64,000 bases of DNA, from NCBI RefSeq assembly GCF_009914755.1, contig NC_060947.1; one strand, 5' to 3'. The position numbers and the translations under genes are program-made. Every line of letters begins with the position of its first letter. Position 1 is the stretch's first letter. Positions 12,130-25,677 of this stretch are shown here, in pieces. The notes under the pieces are model-generated. The model was not told the origin of the DNA and did no database searches. It was given only the letters and a program-made list of their open reading frames with translations. Source of the stretch: the human T2T-CHM13v2.0 reference genome, Homo sapiens.

Positions 12130-13180
12130 GTCACTTATTGATTGCTTACAGGGTACTAGGCACTATATTAAATACTTTATATAGCTTATTTTATTTAATT
12201 TTCCCAGCAACTCTTTGTGATAAACCCAACTACTTGCCTCATTTTAACAGTTTTATTATTATATTAGTCATATACCGTACAATTGGCAATTTAAAACATC
12301 CATTTCAATGATTTTTGGTCTATTCACGATGTTGTGCAAGCATCACCAGAATTTCATAACATTTTCAACACCCCAGAAAGAAACTCTGTACCCATTGACA
12401 GTCACTCCTCAGTCCCTCAGCCTCACCCCATCCTCAGCTTTAGGTAGTTATTAATCAACTATCTGTAACTATAGATTTGCCTATTCTGGATATTTAATAT
12501 GAATAAAATATGTAACATGTGGTCTTTTGTGATAGGCTTCTTACATTTAGCATAGTGTTATCAAGGTTCAGTCATTGTTATTGCATGTATAAGTACTTCA
12601 CTCCTTTTCATTGCTAAATAATAATCGACCACATTTTATTTATTCATTAGTTAGTTGACTGACATTTTGATCATTTGTATTCTGTGGCTCTTATGAACAA
12701 TGCTGCTGTGAGCATTCATGTACAAATTTATGTGTGGACATATGTTTCCATTTCTCTTGTGTATACCTAGGAGTAGAATTGCTGGGTCATTCGGTCATTC
12801 TATGTCTAACCTTTTGAGGAACTATCAGACTGCTTTCCAAAGAGACTGTACCATTTTACATTCCTATCAGTAATGCAGAGGTTCCAATTTCTCTACATTC
12901 TTGAAAGCACTTGTTATTTTTTTATTTTTAACATAATTATTCTAATGTGTATGTAGTACTATTGTGGTTGAAATTGTGTTTTTTATTTATATTTCCCTAA
13001 TGGTTAACTATATTGAGCATCTTTTCATGTGCTTGTTGGCCATTTGTATGTCTTTGGAAAAATGTCTATGGCCCCTTTTTTAAATGAGGAAAATGGGCTC
13101 GGAGAATTTATACAACTTGTCCCAGCTAGTAAGCAGCTTGAAAGTAGTGAAGCTAAAGTTGTCACTCTTAAACCTTGCCG
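12130..13180 (-). mobile_element. MIR split by an L1MB-class 3' fragment (L1 ~12245-13070)
   Basis: MIR halves at ~12130-12245 and ~13071-13180 (taaatgaggaaaatgggctcggaga); antisense L1M 3' UTR and ORF2 end in between. Confidence 0.75.
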
Positions 13181-14149
13181 TATTCCTACTAATATTAGTA
13201 GTATTGTTTACAAGGTCCTCTTGTACTTCTGCTCTTTCCTAAAATAGATTTTTGGACAGAAGGTGAGTGATCATGTATATGGAAGTTAAAGGGGTGTCTA
13301 GTGTGAATTGATTCAGTGAGAAAATAGAAATTATTAAGAGCATTGCTTTAACTTTAAATCTTTGTAACTCAAGCCACAACTCCTTTTTAAATACCAAACT
13401 AATTTGTAAGCAGTACATATGCCTGAAAACTAGCTGTGAAGCACAAGACAATATAAGAAAGTTTTCTGGAGGGATTTACAGTATACTTAAATGGCCAAAA
13501 ATTGTATGTAACCCAGTATCTGAACAGAGATCAAGAAACTAATTTGTATCATTCAACAATAGGAAGTATAGATTAAAGAGACTTTAAAAATAAGTTAGAG
13601 AACTCTCCACTGTTTGAATTTATTAGGAATAAGTGTCAACTGAGTGCACTGTTCCCCAAAAGCATATGATGTCTGTGTTGATATCAATACCATCAGCTTT
13701 GCAGCACTTCTCAGCAGCTTCATCTTCTAACCCATCTTATTCAGTGGGTTATAGATGCTTTTTAAAGATCTGGAAAAGAAAAAAAAATAACGCTACAAAT
13801 TTTGACTATGTCTAAAATGCCACATGAACTGGGAAAAAATAGAATTATTTATGATCTCTTTTAATTCAAATATTTTATATAATTTTATGTAAATAAAGGC
13901 AGATTTTATGGATGAACTTGTAGAAAATTGAGTAAGCTATTATCTTGCTTATTCATAATTGAGGTAGAAGGGTATTCTCATAATTGAGGTAGAAGGGTAG
14001 CTTTGTATCATTTAGACAATTCCATTAATTGTCCTCTATACTTCATTTAAATAAATTTGGCTTAAACTTTGGAAGATCTTTTGCTCCTTTAATAATAGCT
14101 CTTTCCAGAAATTACTTAGATATATCAGAGTGGGATATAAATTTTGGTC

Positions 14150-14342
14150 CCTTTTTGGGGGGTCAGGGTCTCGCTCTGTCACCCAGGCTAGAGTGCAGTG
14201 GCATGATTCTGGCTCACTGCAGCCGCAAACTCCTGGGCTCAAGTGATCCTCCTGTCTCAGCTTCCTAAGTAGCTGGGACTACAGGGACACATCACTATGC
14301 CTGGTGAAGTATTTTTTAACATTTTTCATTGAGACAGAGTCT
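14150..14342 (-). mobile_element. 5'-truncated AluJ (right arm plus linker)
   Basis: actcctgggctcaagtgatcctcctg is a J-type diagnostic. Confidence 0.85.
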
Positions 14343-15268
14343 ACACAGAATAAGGACAAGGCAGGAGATCTGGGAAAAAATACTCAGAGATCTGTGAAAC
14401 TACAGCTAGTAGTTTATGTTCAAAGTAGTAACTTGGAGTTTGGAAGCTTACAGGTTGCAGAAGCCCCGGCAAGGTGGTAAGCAAAGAAGTCACGTCAGAA
14501 AAAAAACTGATCTTGGGTTTCTAGCAAGGTGGAAAAGTCAAAGGCTGAAAGCCATCACAAATCAGGCAACAAATGGATACTGAAAGATCAAAGACAATGG
14601 TACTAAACCTGTAAGAGTTTGCTCGATTCCCACAAGAGAAAGGTATTGTCACTGTGAACATAGCCACTGAAAAGTAAAGTTTGAAAGAACTGGGTCTTAG
14701 AGTGATGCAAAAGAGGGCACACCTGGCAATTAAGATCAGTTAAAGCAAGTCCTTTGGCTGAAAAAAGGAACTCCTTCAAAAAGAGTATAATATAAAATAA
14801 ACTTGGCCTGATACCAGTTCTAATGAAAAGTCTAGTCTTTACCAATATCTGAATTTCAAAAAAACTGAAGTAATAGTATATTCATCAAGTCCACAAAAAA
14901 GCTTTGATTTTGTTTACAAATGCAATATTAACCTAGGAATAGAGCCTATGTATATTGAAATGTGGTGTACATTTGTAAGACACTTATTTTCCAAGAACAA
15001 GAGGAGCTCTGACTCACTGAGGGCCTGTATCAATTTCATTTATTTTCCTTAGTTGTGAAGGTGTTGACTGTATATCTGTTACTATAGTGATGATTTTACA
15101 TTTGTTGTCAAGTTGTTTGATGAAATTGTAACTTGGTGAGATGATAATCATGGTGTGTCTTAAGGCTGATTGTTGGCAAAAGAACAAAAATAATGTGAAC
15201 ATGTGATGGAGAGGGGGCCTACAACAAAGGAGAGGGAAAATTGTGTCAAGGTACAATTTGAAAACTGC

Positions 15269-15882
15269 TGTAAACCAAAAATAAAATTCTAGGCGTCTCT
15301 CCCCGCCACAACCATCTGAGTGGACTCCTCCTCTCGGCCAGGGCGTTCCAAAGTTAGCATGAAAAACTGGTTCAGGCCATGACAGGAAGGGAGGACTGGA
15401 CATGTTTCATTATACTCTACTCCCTTTTAGAATTCAGGAAAAGCTGACCAGCATTTAACATCAACACAGACCTTAAGTCTGATAAGAAACATATACAATC
15501 TATTCTCTCTGAAGCTTGCTTCCTGGAGGCTTCATCTGCATGATAAAACCTTGATCTCCATAGCCCCTTATTGCGACCCACACATTCTTTGTGATTGATA
15601 ATAACTTTCAACCAGTTGCCAATCAGAACATTTTAAAATCTACCTATAAACTGGAAGTCCCCTGCTTCGAGTTATCCTGCCATTCCAGAACAAACCAGTG
15701 TGTATCTTACATGATTGATATCTCATGTCTTCCTAAAATGTATAAAGGTTGTGCCCTGACCCACCTTGGGCACATGTTCTCAGGATTTCCTGAGGGCTGT
15801 GTCACAGGCCATTGGTCACTTACATTTGGCTCAGAATAAATCTCTTCAAATGTTTTACAGAGTTTGATTCTTTGTGTTGACA
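15269..15882 (+). mobile_element. ERV1 solo LTR, MER4B-like
   Basis: TG...CA termini (tgtaaaccaaaaataaaattct ... gtgttgaca), tataaa and aataaa (15835-15840); matches recalled MER4B. Confidence 0.85.
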
Positions 15883-16704
15883 CTCTCTTAGCTCAATTAT
15901 GGGAAAATGAAAGTTCTTGAGAAAGAAAGAGAATCATGCTAACTTTACATAAGATAATTAAGGAAAGTGAAGGGTTAACTTTAACAATAGTACCTCATAT
16001 TTATGCAGTATGTATTTCCAAGGCATTCAAAGCATGTTTTCAGGCATCATTTAATTAATTTCTTTGGTAGTTCTGTAAAGTATGATGAGTATAAGATATC
16101 ATTCATTAAGCATTGACACGTGTAGTGATTAAGGTTCTTTGTGACACCCACAGGCAGTTTAATTGAGCATGCTAGTGAGGAATCAGCTAGATCAATAGTG
16201 AATAAATGATTGTTAGCCTGATCATTATTAGTCAGATCAGAATTTCTGTAACTCTACTATTATGTATGTACACATATGACTGCTATTATATATATGTAAA
16301 ATTTATAGCAGGGATGATGTGTGTACTCACTTCTGTGTGTGTTTCCACTTCCTTTCTCAGTCAAGTGGTTTGCTTATTAACCTAATAATAGCCATTCTCA
16401 TGAGTGACCACTTTGTATATAAAGTAGCTCTTAAACTTTACAGATTACTACTCTGCTTGCATTTACTTTTTGGTTCTCAATGTTGATTCCTGTGATTTTA
16501 GTTTTTATATTCTTTTGATGTACAAAGAATTCTTAAATATATTTATTGGGTATATATGACATTTAAAACCATATAATCTATAGTGATCAGATGAAGGCAA
16601 TTAGCCAGTGAAATGTAAATCAAAATCACAATAAAGTATCATATCATCTCAGTTAGGATGGCTATTATTAGCAGGACAAAAAATAACAAATGCTGGTGAG
16701 GATT

Positions 16705-19700
16705 AGAAGATACTATTATGAACAATTATAAAAACTGAAGAACTTTGTCAACAAATTCGAAAACCTAGAGGAGAGGGATAAATTCCTAGATACATACAAC
16801 CTACCAACCTATCATTGAACCAGAAAGATGTAGAAAACTTGAACAGACAAATAATGAGTAAGGATATTGAATCAGTAATAAAACCCCCCAACAAAGAAGA
16901 TCCCAGGACCAGATGGCATTACTGGATAATTCTACTAAGAACTAATTGACAATACTAATAATAAATGTTAATTAAATTCATTAACAATAACTAAAGAAGA
17001 ATTAATTCCAACTTCTCTTAAACTCTTCCAGAAAATTGACGAGGAGGGAATTCTTTCAAACTCATTCAGCATTACCTTAATACTAAGGCCAGACAAAGAC
17101 ACTAAAAGAAAAGAAAACTACAGGCTAATAACTCTGATCAATGTAAATGCCAAAGTCTTCAACAAAATACTAGCAAACTGAATTCGACACCACATTAAAA
17201 GGATCATACATCATGACCAAGTGCGATTTAACCCCAGAATGCAAGGAAGTTTCAACATATGAAAATCAATCAATGTGATATACCACATTAGCAGAACAAA
17301 AGATAAAAATCTTTAGAACACATGAATATCTCAATAGATACATACAAAGCATGTGACAAAATTCAACAACCTTTCATGATAAAAACACTCAACAGAATGA
17401 AAGCCATATATGAAAATAGTCCACAGCTAACATCATATTTGATGATGAAAAATCGAAAGCTTTTCCTGTAAGTTGAAGGACAAGGCAAGTGTGCCCACTC
17501 TTGTCACTTCTATTCAACTTAGTAATGGAAGTCATTGCCAGAGCGATCAGGCAAGAAAAAGAAAAAAAGGCATTCAAATCAGAAATAAAGAAGTGAAAGT
17601 ATCACTGCTCACAAATGGCATAATCTTGTAGGTAGAAAAACCTACCAATTCCACCAAAAGTTAGAACTAATAAATTCAACAAATTGCAGAATACAAAATC
17701 AATATTCAAAGATCATATGCATCTTTATAGACTAAGAATAAATGATCCACAAATAAAATTGAGAAAACAATGCCATTTATAATAGTACGGAAAAGAATAA
17801 ATTACTTAGGAATAAACTTAACTAAGGAGGTGAACGATCTGTATAATAAAAACCACAAAACATTGCTGAGATAAAGAAGGCACAAATAAATGAAAAGACA
17901 CCTCACATTTATGGATTAGAAGTCTTAGTATTGTTACAATGTCCATGATTACCCAAAGTGATCTTCAGATTCAAGACAATCCCTATCAAAATTCCAGTGA
18001 CATATTTTTTTGCAGTAGATAAATCAATCCTAAAATTCATATGGAAACACAAAGGTCCCCAAATAGCCAAAACAATTTAAAGAAAGAACAACAAAGCTGA
18101 GGCCTCAAACTTTCTGACTTCAAAACATACTACAAAGCTACAGTAATCAAAGCAGTGTGATACTAGCATAAGGACAGATATGTAGAACAACGGAACAAAA
18201 TTAAAAAAACAATAGAAATAAACCCATGTATATTTGATCAAATTACCTTCAACAAATGTACCAGGACTAAACAATGAGGAAAGGATAATCCCTTAAACCA
18301 AGGGTCCCCGATCCCTGGGGCCACAGAACAGTACCAGTCTGTGGCCTTTTGGGAACTGAGCTGCAAAGCAGGAGGTGAGTGGCGGGCAAGCAAGCATTAC
18401 TGCCTGAGGTCTGCCTCTTGTCAGATCAGTGGCACATTAGATTCTCATAGGAGCATGAACCCTATTACGAACTGTGCATGTGAGGGATCTAGGCTGCGTG
18501 CTCCTTATGAGAATCTAACTAATGTCTGATGATCTGAGGTGGAAGAGTTTGATCCTGAAACAATCCCCCCGATACTGTCCCTGTTCATGGAAAAATTGTC
18601 TTCCACAAAACTGGTTCCTGGTTCCAAAAATGTTGGGGATACAGATGATCTTGGGAAAACTGGATATCAATATGAAAAATAATGAAATCAGGCCCCTTCT
18701 CTTATACCATACACAAAAATCAACCCAAAATGCATTAAAGAATTAAACATAAAACCTGAAACTATACAACTCCTAAAAGAAAACACAGGGGAAAATCATA
18801 ACACTGGTCTTGGCAGTGACCTTTTTTTAATGTGACACCAAAAGTATAGGCAACAGAAGCAAAAAATAGACAAGTGGGACTACAGAAAACTGAAACGCTT
18901 CTATGCAGCAAAGGAAATAATCAGCAGAATGAAAAGACAACCTACAAAATAGAAGAAAATATTTGCAAGCCATATATTTAACAAAAGTCTAATATCTAAA
19001 ATATCTGAGTAACTCCTACAACTCAATAACAAATAACCTGCAAAAATAAACTGATTGACTACAGATAAAAACTTTGCATAGACATTTCTCAAAGAAGACA
19101 TACAAATAGTCAACAGGTATGTGAGAAGATGATCAATATCACTAATCATCAAGGAAATAAAAGTAAACCATAATGAGCTATCACCTCATACCTGTTAAGA
19201 TGGCTATTATTATAAAAAGCAAAACAAAAGGAGAGAAAATAAGCGCTGGTAAGGATATGGCAAAATCAGAAAGCTTGTGCACCATTGGTGGGAATGTAAA
19301 ATGGTGCAGCCTCAATGGGAAACAGTATGGCAATCCTTAAAAAATTAAAAATAAAACTACCATATCATCCAGCAATTTCACTTCTGAATATTTGCCAAGA
19401 TGTGGAAACAACCTAAACATCCATCAGCAGATTAATGGATAAATAAAACGTGGTCTATACATACCATGGAATATCATTCACATTTGAAAAAGAAGGACAT
19501 CCTGTCCTATGCGACAACATGAATGAACCTTGAAGACATTATGCTTAGTGAAATAAGCCGGTCACAGAAAGACCTATACTGCATGATTCTGTTTACATGA
19601 GGTTTTTAAAGTAGTGAAACTCTTAGAAGCAGAATGTAGAATGGTAGTTGCCAGGCACTGGTAGAAGTAGAAATTGGAAGTTGCTGTTCAATGGGTATAG

Positions 19701-19842
19701 AGTTTCAGTCATGCTAGATGAAAAAGCTCTAGAGGTCTGCTGTACAACAATGGATATATAGATAATAATACTGTATACTTACACATTTGTTAAGAGGGTA
19801 GACTTCATGTTATATGTTAGTTACTACAATGAAAAAAAAAAA
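16705..19842 (+). mobile_element. L1MB1/2-like element: decayed ORF2, 3' UTR and A tail
   Basis: Continuous ORF2-like sequence (catgaccaagtg..tt, tctcaatagat, tattcaac) with many stops; 3' UTR ctgctgtacaacaatg...taagagggtagac. Confidence 0.88.
18299..18640 (+). mobile_element. MER1B (hAT-Charlie MITE) nested in L1MB
   Basis: caagggtccccg...cagatcagtggcacattagattctcataggagc...caaaaatgttgggga; L1 resumes at gggaaaactggatatc. Confidence 0.85.
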
Positions 19843-19964
19843 CCAAAAATACAAAACAGTTGGTGAGAAGTGTTCTAACAGAGATCTATTAACTCAGAAA
19901 CCTAAGGCTTAAAGTATATTCTTCCCTCTACCTTGTCTTATATAATGTGCCAACAATGCTTAGA

Positions 19965-20690
19965 GATCTTCCTGCTTAGACTGTTCTATATTATTGCTTT
20001 AGTAACTTCAAATTAGGATCCCATATTTTTGCTGGGGCAAGTATTACAATCAATTCCAAATTGGTCTCTTTGCCTCCTCTTTCTCATCTTTAATAAATTC
20101 TCATCACTATAACCAGAAAAAAAATCTATGTTAAAATGTAAATCTTATGCATCTTTCCTGATTTAATCTCTTACATAACTCTCCCTTACTTGCCCAAAAG
20201 AGAAAATACTAATTCCTTACATTGATTACTGGTTGCCATCTACTTCTTCAGTCTCATCATTCTTGCTATGCCAAATTGTTTTATTTTTGTTCACACAGGA
20301 ACTCATATCCCTTCTCACTCACAACCTCCTGGCAAACATTTTTTATACACCAATGTTGAGTTTATCATCACTTCCCAATGATACCTTTCCTGATCCCTGA
20401 GCTGCAATCCCAGGAAGAAAATATGTATCCCTTTTATGTCTCTACTATACCTTATGAATTATCCTGTCCCAGCATGTATAGTTTTTAATTATATCTTCAT
20501 TTGTTGATATGTATGTATCTCTTACTAGACTGTAAAACTGATAGTATTTGCTTCAATATTTCTTTTCCAGCAATAAGCACTGTGCCTGATGCTCAGGAAA
20601 TGTCTATTTTATGTATGTGTGCACAGTCGTATGTATGAACAAATTTACAGATATGTGAAGGAATGAAAAAACAAGTGAATAAATTTCTAT
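19965..20690 (+). mobile_element. Degraded L2
   Basis: actagactgtaaaact...cagcaataagcactgtgcctga...gaatgaa terminus. Confidence 0.55.
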
Positions 20691-20828
20691 GATAACTAAA
20701 TTTCAGATGGTTGGCAACTTCCTTCACTGCAGCCCTCCCATTAATTTCATTATATTTTACAAATCCAACTTTACTTTAGAAAACAACCTTGTGATTTAAT
20801 TTAGTGCTATCTAGAACCATAAGATCTT

Positions 20829-21140
20829 AGCCTTGTACGATGGCTCATGCCTGTAATCCTAGCACTTTGAGAGGCTGAAGTGGGCAGATTGTGTGTGGCC
20901 AGGTGTTTACGACCAGCCTGAGCAACATGGTGAAACCCCCACTCTACAAAAAATACAAAAATTAGCTGGGCATGGTAGTGTGTGCCTGTGATCCCAGCTA
21001 CTCAGGAGACTGAGCTGAGAGGATCACTTGAGTCCTGGAGGTCAAGGCTGCAGTGACCCTTACTCGCATCACTGCAATCCAGCCTAGATGACGAAGTGAG
21101 ACCCTCTTTCAAACAACAACAACAACAACAACAACGACAA
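20829..21140 (+). mobile_element. AluJ with (CAA)n tail
   Basis: J diagnostics ggatcacttgagtcctggaggtcaaggctgcagtga; degenerate TSD accataagatctt / cccatagagtctt. Confidence 0.9.
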
Positions 21141-21177
21141 ACCCATAGAGTCTTAAAATTGCAAGGAAACTCCAGCC

Positions 21178-21515
21178 AATATAATAAATAACCACAAAAT
21201 CACAGTGGCTTAACGTAAGAAAAGTTTACTTCTTGCTAATACAAAATCTAGTTGGGTATTCATATGACTTCCTATGCAGTTCAAGCTTTTTCTACCTAGT
21301 GGCTTTGCCATTCTGCTGGATCCCCCACACTTATCTAGCCAAGAGAGAGAATGTGGAGGGTTGCAATGTTGTTTTTAGGTTCCAGAACAGAAAGTAGCGC
21401 ACATTACTTCCAACCATATCTTATTCAGAGTTCACCACATGACCAACCTAATTACAAGGAAGGTTGCATAATATAGAGGAACACATGGATATGGGTGAGC
21501 ACTGGCTGTCCCAAT
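21178..21515 (-). mobile_element. Old MaLR LTR (MLT1I/J-like)
   Basis: caaaatcacagtggcttaac...gaaagtagcgcacattacttc...ggtgagcact. Confidence 0.65.
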
Positions 21516-21559
21516 AGCATTTATCTATTCCTACTTGATGTTGCTCCTCTGGGAGCATC

Positions 21560-22160
21560 TCTAAGAATATTGTCTAAAACAAAAGCATTCTATGACAATG
21601 GAGAACACATTATCTCCACAAGGCAGCCTATTCAATTATTGTATAATTCTTGTAATCAGAAAGTTCCCTTTATGCTGAACTATAATCTCACTCTTGTGGC
21701 AAGACAGAGTAAACCTATTTTTCTTCCATATAGTCCTTCAAATATTTGAATAAACTAGCAGGATCCCCCAGCCTCTTATATTCTTTAGGATAAATATTTA
21801 CAATTCTTGAAAATTTCTTATAGGAACTATACACTATTATGGCTACCCTCTTCTGGATATACTTAATGAAGAGTGTTAATGTACTTCTTAAAATATGAGA
21901 CCATATACCAGATGTGGCCTAACTCATACAGAATAGGATATTGACTTCCTGTATTCTAATCACTATGTAAAATGAGATCATCTGTGTGAAGGCACTTTTT
22001 ACAATATGAAGCAACACACTCATGGAAGGTATCGTTATTATTATAAATGTAATTTGAGATTGTGTGAGCTTATTCAGCAGCCACATCACACTGTTGGCTA
22101 GTGTTTTAAACTTGTGGTCAGCTAACCCCCCAAACCTTTTTCATAGGAATTACTGCATGA
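21560..22160 (-). mobile_element. L3/CR1 LINE fragment with a small MIR insert (~21967-22043)
   Basis: aaggcagcctattc...agaaagttcc...ccttcaaatatttgaa...ccagatgtggcctaac...agcagccacatcacactgttgg are typical antisense CR1 motifs. Confidence 0.7.
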
Positions 22161-23103
22161 AAGAGCCCCATAATCATTTCTTCCATGGTCAGTGAAAAAT
22201 ACATTCTTTTTTTTTTTGTTTGTTTGCCTCTGAGAAAATAGGCTTAATGGTGTCTAGATTTCTGGGGCTAAGTAATAATTTAAAATTCTTGACAAGTTTT
22301 AGGTCCTATCCACCTACACAAACCACTTTGACCAAAATCAGTGCTTTAAAAAAAAATGCAAATGTAGTTAGCTAAGCGTATTTTTTTTTGTCTGCATGAC
22401 AACAAATACCTGATTTAAAGGCTTTTAAATCAGTTTGTGGCATTGGTGTGGGGATGGCCTTAAACTTTTGATTTCCTCTTTAGTAGCTAATGGTTTCGTT
22501 TCATTAAGTGCTCTCTGTGGTTAAGAACTGCACATTTTTCTTGGAATTTTGCAAACAGAATGAGCAATTTAAATTATGCAGAAGCACAGAAACCATAAAT
22601 AATAGCAGCCTTAAGATTGTATGATTAGTACAATTAAAGCAGAGATATGGAAAAACATAACTTTTCCATCATATTATTCTCCCTCTCTAGGAACATTCTG
22701 GATCAATTACTACTCAAGCCCATAAGTCAAAGCAATCTCTTAAATCCAGGATTAGCAGTCCGTAATGAAAGGAGCAGAATTTTTGTGAATGCAGTTATTT
22801 TCTTAGCCTATTTGTACTCCCCAAAAGTTCCCAGTTAATTAACTGGACTACTTTAATCAGTGAATGGCTACCACATTACACAATGTTTGATTTATATTAA
22901 TGCGCTTTGGTCTTGGTAGACCAGAATTTCCAGTTCTCTAAATAAGAGAAAAAAGAAGGAAGCTGGCTTTCTTATTGGACAGTGAAAAGTACACAGCAGT
23001 TTTGATTAAACTGAAATAAAATATCTCTCTAAATATTTACCTCAAGGAGACAGTGGTGTACTCTAAAGAGGTGGATGACTACAACATACCCTCCCTTACC
23101 ACA

Positions 23104-23546
23104 TCCATGAGTGTCCTAGGGCTGCTGTAACAAAGTGCCACAAATGGGTAGCTTAAAACAAATTTATTGTATCACTGTTCCAGAAACTAGAAATCTGAAA
23201 TCAATTTGTCAGCAGTACTGTTTCCTTCTGGAGGCAAAAAGGGAGAATCTGTTCCATGTTTCTCTTCTAGCTTCTGGTAGTTGCCAGCAGTCCTTGATGT
23301 GCCTTGACTGGTAGATGCATCACTCAGATCTTCGTCATCACATGGCATTTTCTCCTTGTGTCTCCTTTTGTCTTCAAATTTCACTCTTCATGTAAGGTCA
23401 CCAATCATTGGATTATAGGGCTCACCCTAATCCAGTATCATCTCATTGTAACTCTGCAAAGGCCCTATTTCCAAATAAAGTCAATTCACAGGTATCTGGA
23501 GTTTAGGTACATACATTTTGGAGGGAACTCAGTTCAAGTCATAGCA
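23104..23546 (-). mobile_element. MaLR solo LTR (MLT1C-like)
   Basis: cctagggctgctgtaacaaag...ctgcaaaggccctatttccaaataaagtc; near-TSD ccaca / ccata. Confidence 0.85.
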
Positions 23547-24699
23547 CCATACCTACTTACATCAAGATCTGTATGACAGTGAACATCTGGATTAGAAGTA
23601 AAACCTTCAGTCTCAAAATAAGAAGTTTGCTGAGCTAAAATCTGAATGCCTGGATATTTAAGTTTTCATATCATTGGAGTTCCTGGAAAGATACACTATT
23701 AGACAAACACATAGGCAGGTTTCATGCAGATCTTAAAAGGGAAGTCCTATATAAAAATAGGCTGTAACCTGTGTATTGAATCTACAAGTCTCACTTACCA
23801 AGTGCAAGAGAGGAAATCCCTGCATATAAATGAAGCTTCTTTCAAAATTGGGCCTTATTTGAAGTATTATTATTTTTTCTTTCCTATCTTAAGTCCATAG
23901 GGCTTACTCATTTTATGACAGAAATATTTACTCATCATCTGGACAATTCTGAGATCCTGATGTGTTTGTGGAGTTTGTATTGATGCAGCAACATCAGTTT
24001 ATAGATCAGAAAAAAAATGAATAAAATTCTTTCATTATAACACAATACCGAGGAGAGCAAAATCTGGTCAATATAATCTTAAGGGTATATGTACAAATCT
24101 CAGAAGTGGTATAGTAAGCAAGTACAATTTCAGGGTTATATTTCTTTCTTACCTTAGCCAAACAAATTGTGAAGAAAATAAGTAGTTTGGGAAGTAGAGC
24201 AAAATAGCTGACATGTATCTATTGTTTTCTTGTACATAGATTATAGATAATTATAAATTTAGTTTCTAGATTCTTCCTGCATAAGGGTGATGCCACCAGG
24301 ATTTCTTTAAGTCTATGCATATAATGCAACCCATGTCCTCCTAGCATCTAATCCATGGCAGTGAAGATTCCATGTATAGTCACTATAAATAATAGGCAGT
24401 TCAGATAATAGACAATCAAAAAATACTGAATAAATCAGTGTAATGTTACCATGCCCCAGTAAATAGAGGTGTAGCATACAAGTCTATTGTAATTCCTATA
24501 TCCTTAGTGCTGGTATGGTAATGTGGGATGGTTTAGTTCTTGTTCTGTCTAGAGCCATAAAATGACCCTACCCTCCCTTCCTTACCTGAGTATGCTCCCT
24601 CATGTCCACAAATATGGCCTTTACCAATGTACACTAATCTCCGTAAATTTTAAATAGTACTTCATACGCACAGATAATTTAAGCAAAGGTCCATGAGAT

Positions 24700-25675
24700 T
24701 TAACTGATTTAACAAACACTTATCAAGTGCTAGTGATGTACCAGGCACCATTATAAACACTGAAATTTAAGACAGACATGGTTTCTTCTCTCATGGTGAT
24801 TACTGTCTAGCAGGGGAGACAGAGATTAAATAAATTAACCTACCATTTTACATAAATATAAAATTACAAATTGTTGTTAAGTGTTATGAATGAAAATAAG
24901 AGAGAACATCTATTACATTGTGGATGAGTAGAAATGAATAGTTTTAGAAAGTTCATAAGGTAAAAGTTAAAAGATGAGGAGGAGGCACCATGTTAAAATT
25001 AAGAAAAAATGTGCCTCAATTAGGCAGAATAGCATATATTAAGGTCTTGCAGAAAGAAAAAAATGTTGAGAATATTTGAGATACTTCATTTAAGTCCAGT
25101 ATAGCTAAACATTGCCATCTGTGAAGATGGAGATAGGAGTGGTGTGAAGTGACATCAGAGAGGTAAGGAGTAGTCTTATCATGCCAAACATCACAGGAGG
25201 GTTCTAATTAAAGAAGTTTCATGATGTAATTTATGTACATTTATACTTTCTAACTTTTAATCTTGAAATAATTGTAGACTTACAGAAATGTTGCCAAAGT
25301 AACACAGAGATGTCCTATATACCTTTTCACCCAACCAATTTTTATGAGGATCCTGGTTAAAAGGATACTGCAGTATTTCAGGCAAAAGCTGAAGGCAATT
25401 CAGTCTAAGGTATTGGTGGAGATGGAAAGTGATTGTTTGAGATGAAGTAAGATTAATAGTACTTCCCTGAAATTAACCTACTATACCTCGGACACTCTAT
25501 TGAGAGCTGGAAATGCAGTAGTGAGCCAAAAAGACATGTTTCTTGTCTTTAAGAAGCTTGTAGTCTAGCAGACTTGGCAATGGATTGGATACAGGTAGGT
25601 GAGAAAGAGAGTAGGTGTAAGAAAGTCTTTCAGGTCACTGAGCAACTGAGTGAGTAAAGAACACTTACTAAAGTG
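24700..25675 (-). mobile_element. Fragmented L2 with a short old-L1 3' end insert (~25247-25335)
   Basis: aacaaacacttatcaagtgc...ccaggcacc...gacatggtttcttctctcatgg; second copy at ~25470-25570. Confidence 0.6.
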
Positions 25676-25677
25676 GT

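Noticed and set aside
22430-22900. Repeat-free stretch rich in homeobox-like TAAT motifs (similar at ~200-420 and ~43180-43520)
   Set aside because: May be conserved non-coding elements, but this cannot be shown from a single sequence
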